Shown here piece by piece: positions 61,671 through 64,000 of a DNA stretch of 64,000 nucleotides. Source of the DNA: an uncultured Actinomycetes bacterium (GTDB taxonomy: Bacteria; Actinomycetota; UBA4738; HRBIN12). A model generated the notes under the pieces. The model was not told the origin of the DNA, did not search any database, and saw only the letters and a list, made by a program, of their open reading frames with translations. The position numbers were made by a program, and so were the translations under genes. The stretch covers positions 203,443-267,442 of the forward strand of contig CAVROD010000004.1 of assembly GCA_963722795.1 (NCBI GenBank), written 5' to 3'. Position 1 is the first letter of the stretch. Each line of letters starts with the position of its first letter.

Positions 61671-61798
61671 CGCTCGTTCCCCGACGTGTCGTCGCTGCCG
61701 AGTGCTGGCATGACCAGTCTCCTTCCATCGGTGGTGACCCGGCTATGGGTGGTGATCCGAACCCCGAGCGACCTCGGACGGCCGAGAGCCCGGCGTGC

Positions 61799-62257
61799 AT
61801 GGGTTACTCCTCGCACGGGGTTCGTTCGACGGAAGGGTACGCTCGAGGCGTGCGAAAGCGAGTCGAGGTTCGAGGACCGGCGAGCGCGGTCGCGATGTGG
61901 TCGGCGTACGCGGACACCTCGCGCTGGTCTACCTGGGCACCTCAGATCCGACGGGTCGAACCGCTGGGGCCGCTCGAGACTGGTATGCGAGGGAAGGTGG
62001 AAGGGCCGTTCTGGACGACGGCCCGGTTCGAGGTCACCGCCGTCGACGAGGCAGCAGGGTTATGGACGTGGAGGGTGCGGGTGGGTCCCGCCAGCCTCAC
62101 GATCGATCACGAAGTTGCCGACGGTCTCGCGGCGGTGGAGATCGACGGGCCCCCGCCGCTCGTCTACGCCTATGCCCCCGTCGCACGTATCGCACTCGCC
62201 CGGCTCGTGCACGTCCCCGGCACGCGTCCACGCACGCGACGGGAACCGGTCGTGTGA
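61799..62257 (+). CDS. SRPBCC (START/Bet v1-like, polyketide cyclase/dehydrase fold) family protein
   Basis: ~150 aa, divergent from the heliorhodopsin gene. Start ATG 61799 or GTG 61849. Confidence 0.55.
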   Translation: MGYSSHGVRSTEGYARGVRKRVEVRGPASAVAMWSAYADTSRWSTWAPQIRRVEPLGPLETGMRGKVEGPFWTTARFEVTAVDEAAGLWTWRVRVGPASLTIDHEVADGLAAVEIDGPPPLVYAYAPVARIALARLVHVPGTRPRTRREPVV

Positions 62258-62292
62258 CCCAGGTAAGCTCGCGTCGACCTGAAGGGGGTGGC

Positions 62293-63006
62293 GTGGAGTC
62301 AGAAGCGGATGAGATCCTTCGTGAGCAGCACCGGTACTACGAGGACAGAGCTCCCGAGTACGACGACGTGTGGTACCGCCGCGGTATCTACGACCTGGGA
62401 GTTGCTGGGAACGAGCGGTGGTTCGAAGAGACGGCCAAGCTCGAAGCGGCGGTCGACGAGCTCGACGTCTCGGGAAGTGTGCTGGAGCTGGCGTGCGGGA
62501 CCGGGTTGTTCACTCGCCACCTCGCGCCCCGCGCCGGACGCATGGTCGCTGTCGACGCGGCCGCCAGCGCGCTGGCTATCAATCGCGAACGGGTCGCCGA
62601 CCCGCGCGTCGAGTACGTGCACGCGGACATGTTCGAATGGGCGCCGCCCGACGACACGCGGTTCGACACGATCTTCTTCGCCTTCCTCGTCTCGCACATC
62701 CTGCCGGAGCGTTCTCGGGCGTTCTGGGATCGACTCCGCGGGTGGCTCGCGCCCGGGGGCAGCGTCTTCTTCTGCGATGACGTCGCCGGCGCCGAGCCTC
62801 GCCGTTCCGATCCGGGAGGCCCCGCCCTCGATGGTCCGCATTTCGCCCACCGCCGCCGCCTGAGCGACGGTCGCGAATACACGATCGTGAAGATCCTCTA
62901 CGGTCCTGAGGAGTTCCGCGAGACACTCAGCGCGTTCGGCTGGGATGCAGACGTCCGAACCACGGGGGATGAGTTCTTCTACGGGGTGGCGCGTCCGTCG
63001 GAGTAG
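62293..63006 (+). CDS. class I SAM-dependent methyltransferase
   Basis: Motif I VLELACGTGLFTRHLA. ~237 aa. Upstream codons of ORF 61795..63006 are read-through. Confidence 0.7.
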   Translation: MESEADEILREQHRYYEDRAPEYDDVWYRRGIYDLGVAGNERWFEETAKLEAAVDELDVSGSVLELACGTGLFTRHLAPRAGRMVAVDAAASALAINRERVADPRVEYVHADMFEWAPPDDTRFDTIFFAFLVSHILPERSRAFWDRLRGWLAPGGSVFFCDDVAGAEPRRSDPGGPALDGPHFAHRRRLSDGREYTIVKILYGPEEFRETLSAFGWDADVRTTGDEFFYGVARPSE

Positions 63007-63053
63007 TCACGTCGCAGGCCGAGCGTGAACACGACGTCAGGAACTCTGCGAGG

Positions 63054-63296
63054 ATGGGCTGCATGCGCGAGGAACAGCGCTACCGTGTGATCGGTGCGAT
63101 CCTGGCGGAGCCGCGCAAGAGTGTTCACGTGTGGACCGTGAGCTTCACCCCATGTGCACGACCGACGGGTCTGCCGTTCGATCCCGACGCCGGGAAGGAG
63201 ATCATCGTCACGATCCTGCCCTCGGTGCTCGACGGGATGAGCTTCGACCACGAGTACACCCGGGTCGAGATCGAGTCGCTGCGGGCGTCACTGTAG
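63054..63296 (+). CDS. hypothetical protein (80 aa)
   Basis: Clean short ORF with plausible amino-acid composition. No family recognised. Confidence 0.3.
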   Translation: MGCMREEQRYRVIGAILAEPRKSVHVWTVSFTPCARPTGLPFDPDAGKEIIVTILPSVLDGMSFDHEYTRVEIESLRASL

Positions 63297-63899
63297 GACC
63301 TGGCCAGGTGGGGGCGAGGCGGGTGGATAGGGGACTGCCACCGTGATGGACGGGGAGACTCCCGGCGCTCCGGGGAACCCGAGTACCGACAGAGGCCAGG
63401 AGCCTCCTCGTTGCACGAGTGTGCGCTCGCCACGTCCGGACCACAACCCCGCCCAGCGGTGTCTCAGTTTGAAGATCGAACTGAGACGCCACCCCCGCCC
63501 AGCTCTCCTCTAGGGTGTCGAGCGTTCGACCACGCTGGCGTCATAGAGCGTCCTGAACTCGGCCGCCAGTTCTGCTCTGTCGACACGAAGTCGCTCGCTC
63601 TCGAATCTCCTGGAGTTGGCGATTGCACCGCCGCTTGTCGGCGGAGATGACGCGGCGAGGAGGATTCGCGTAGCGCCGATCGCCGCCCGCCTCGACGATC
63701 AAGACCCGTAGAACGCTCCGTGCGACTCGAGCGGTACGCAGAGCGCGAGGCGGTGTGGGCTCGGGTCGGAAGTGTCGCCCGGGTCGGAGCGGTCCGGCAA
63801 CTCGGAAAAGGACATCCACATGAGCCGAGGTCTCCTGGTTAGGGGGACCGGAGTCACCGTACGCGTGTCGCGGCTATCACGACGAGGTCACCCGGGCGA

Positions 63900-64000
63900 T
63901 CACGTTACCAGCTCGTCGTCTGATTCGAGGAGCATGATGGCTCCGCTGTCGCCCTCGAGCAGGTCCATCGAGCTTCGAAGGATCGTTCGCAGCACGGCGG
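63900..64000 (-). CDS. C-terminal end of a gene running off the window end (hypothetical)
   Basis: Reverse-frame translation ends ...AVLRTILRSSMDLLEGDSGAIMLLESDDELVT with a TGA at 63900-63902. The body lies beyond 64000. Confidence 0.25.
   Translation of the reverse strand, partial: AVLRTILRSSMDLLEGDSGAIMLLESDDELVT

Overview
High-GC (~70%+) actinobacterial-type chromosomal segment dominated by respiratory-chain genes; no transposase, integrase, phage gene or CRISPR array was recognised. Gene order, 5' to 3': partial clpS and an SDR oxidoreductase; a conserved block of HTH protein, Clp1-family P-loop kinase and a 33-aa ribosomal protein bS22 that is missing from the ORF track; a lipoprotein hydrolase and a DUF62 SAM hydrolase; sigK/rskA with a divergent glutaredoxin; rex. 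Then a minus-strand operon for a b6f-like Rieske / split cytochrome b (b6 + subunit IV) / monohaem cytochrome c complex that also carries a 2[4Fe-4S] ferredoxin and three uncharacterised membrane proteins. Cytochrome c maturation genes ccdA-resB-resC follow, then a caa3-type oxidase operon ctaCDEFG ending in a membrane-anchored protein with three tandem plastocyanin-like type-1 copper domains, resA/tlpA and a convergent ctaA-ctaB fusion gene. Next come a polyprenyl synthase, a MenJ-like geranylgeranyl reductase behind a perfect Rex operator, a complete nuoABCDEFGHIJKLMN operon, a second polyprenyl synthase and a second nuo cluster (A2 B2 C2 H2 I2 J2 K2 L2 M2 N2) with no D, E, F or G. The window ends with htpX, a class-III aminotransferase plus group-II PLP decarboxylase pair, yajQ, tRNA-Tyr, an XRE-cupin regulator, B3/4 and PaiB-like proteins, an intact heliorhodopsin gene, an SRPBCC protein and a SAM methyltransferase. 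Many conserved genes, mostly between ~5.2 and ~24 kb, are split across reading frames. At the three qcrB/ccdA sites examined base by base, each disruption is one extra G or C in a G/C run, which points to homopolymer sequencing error rather than gene decay; coordinates of those genes are approximate.
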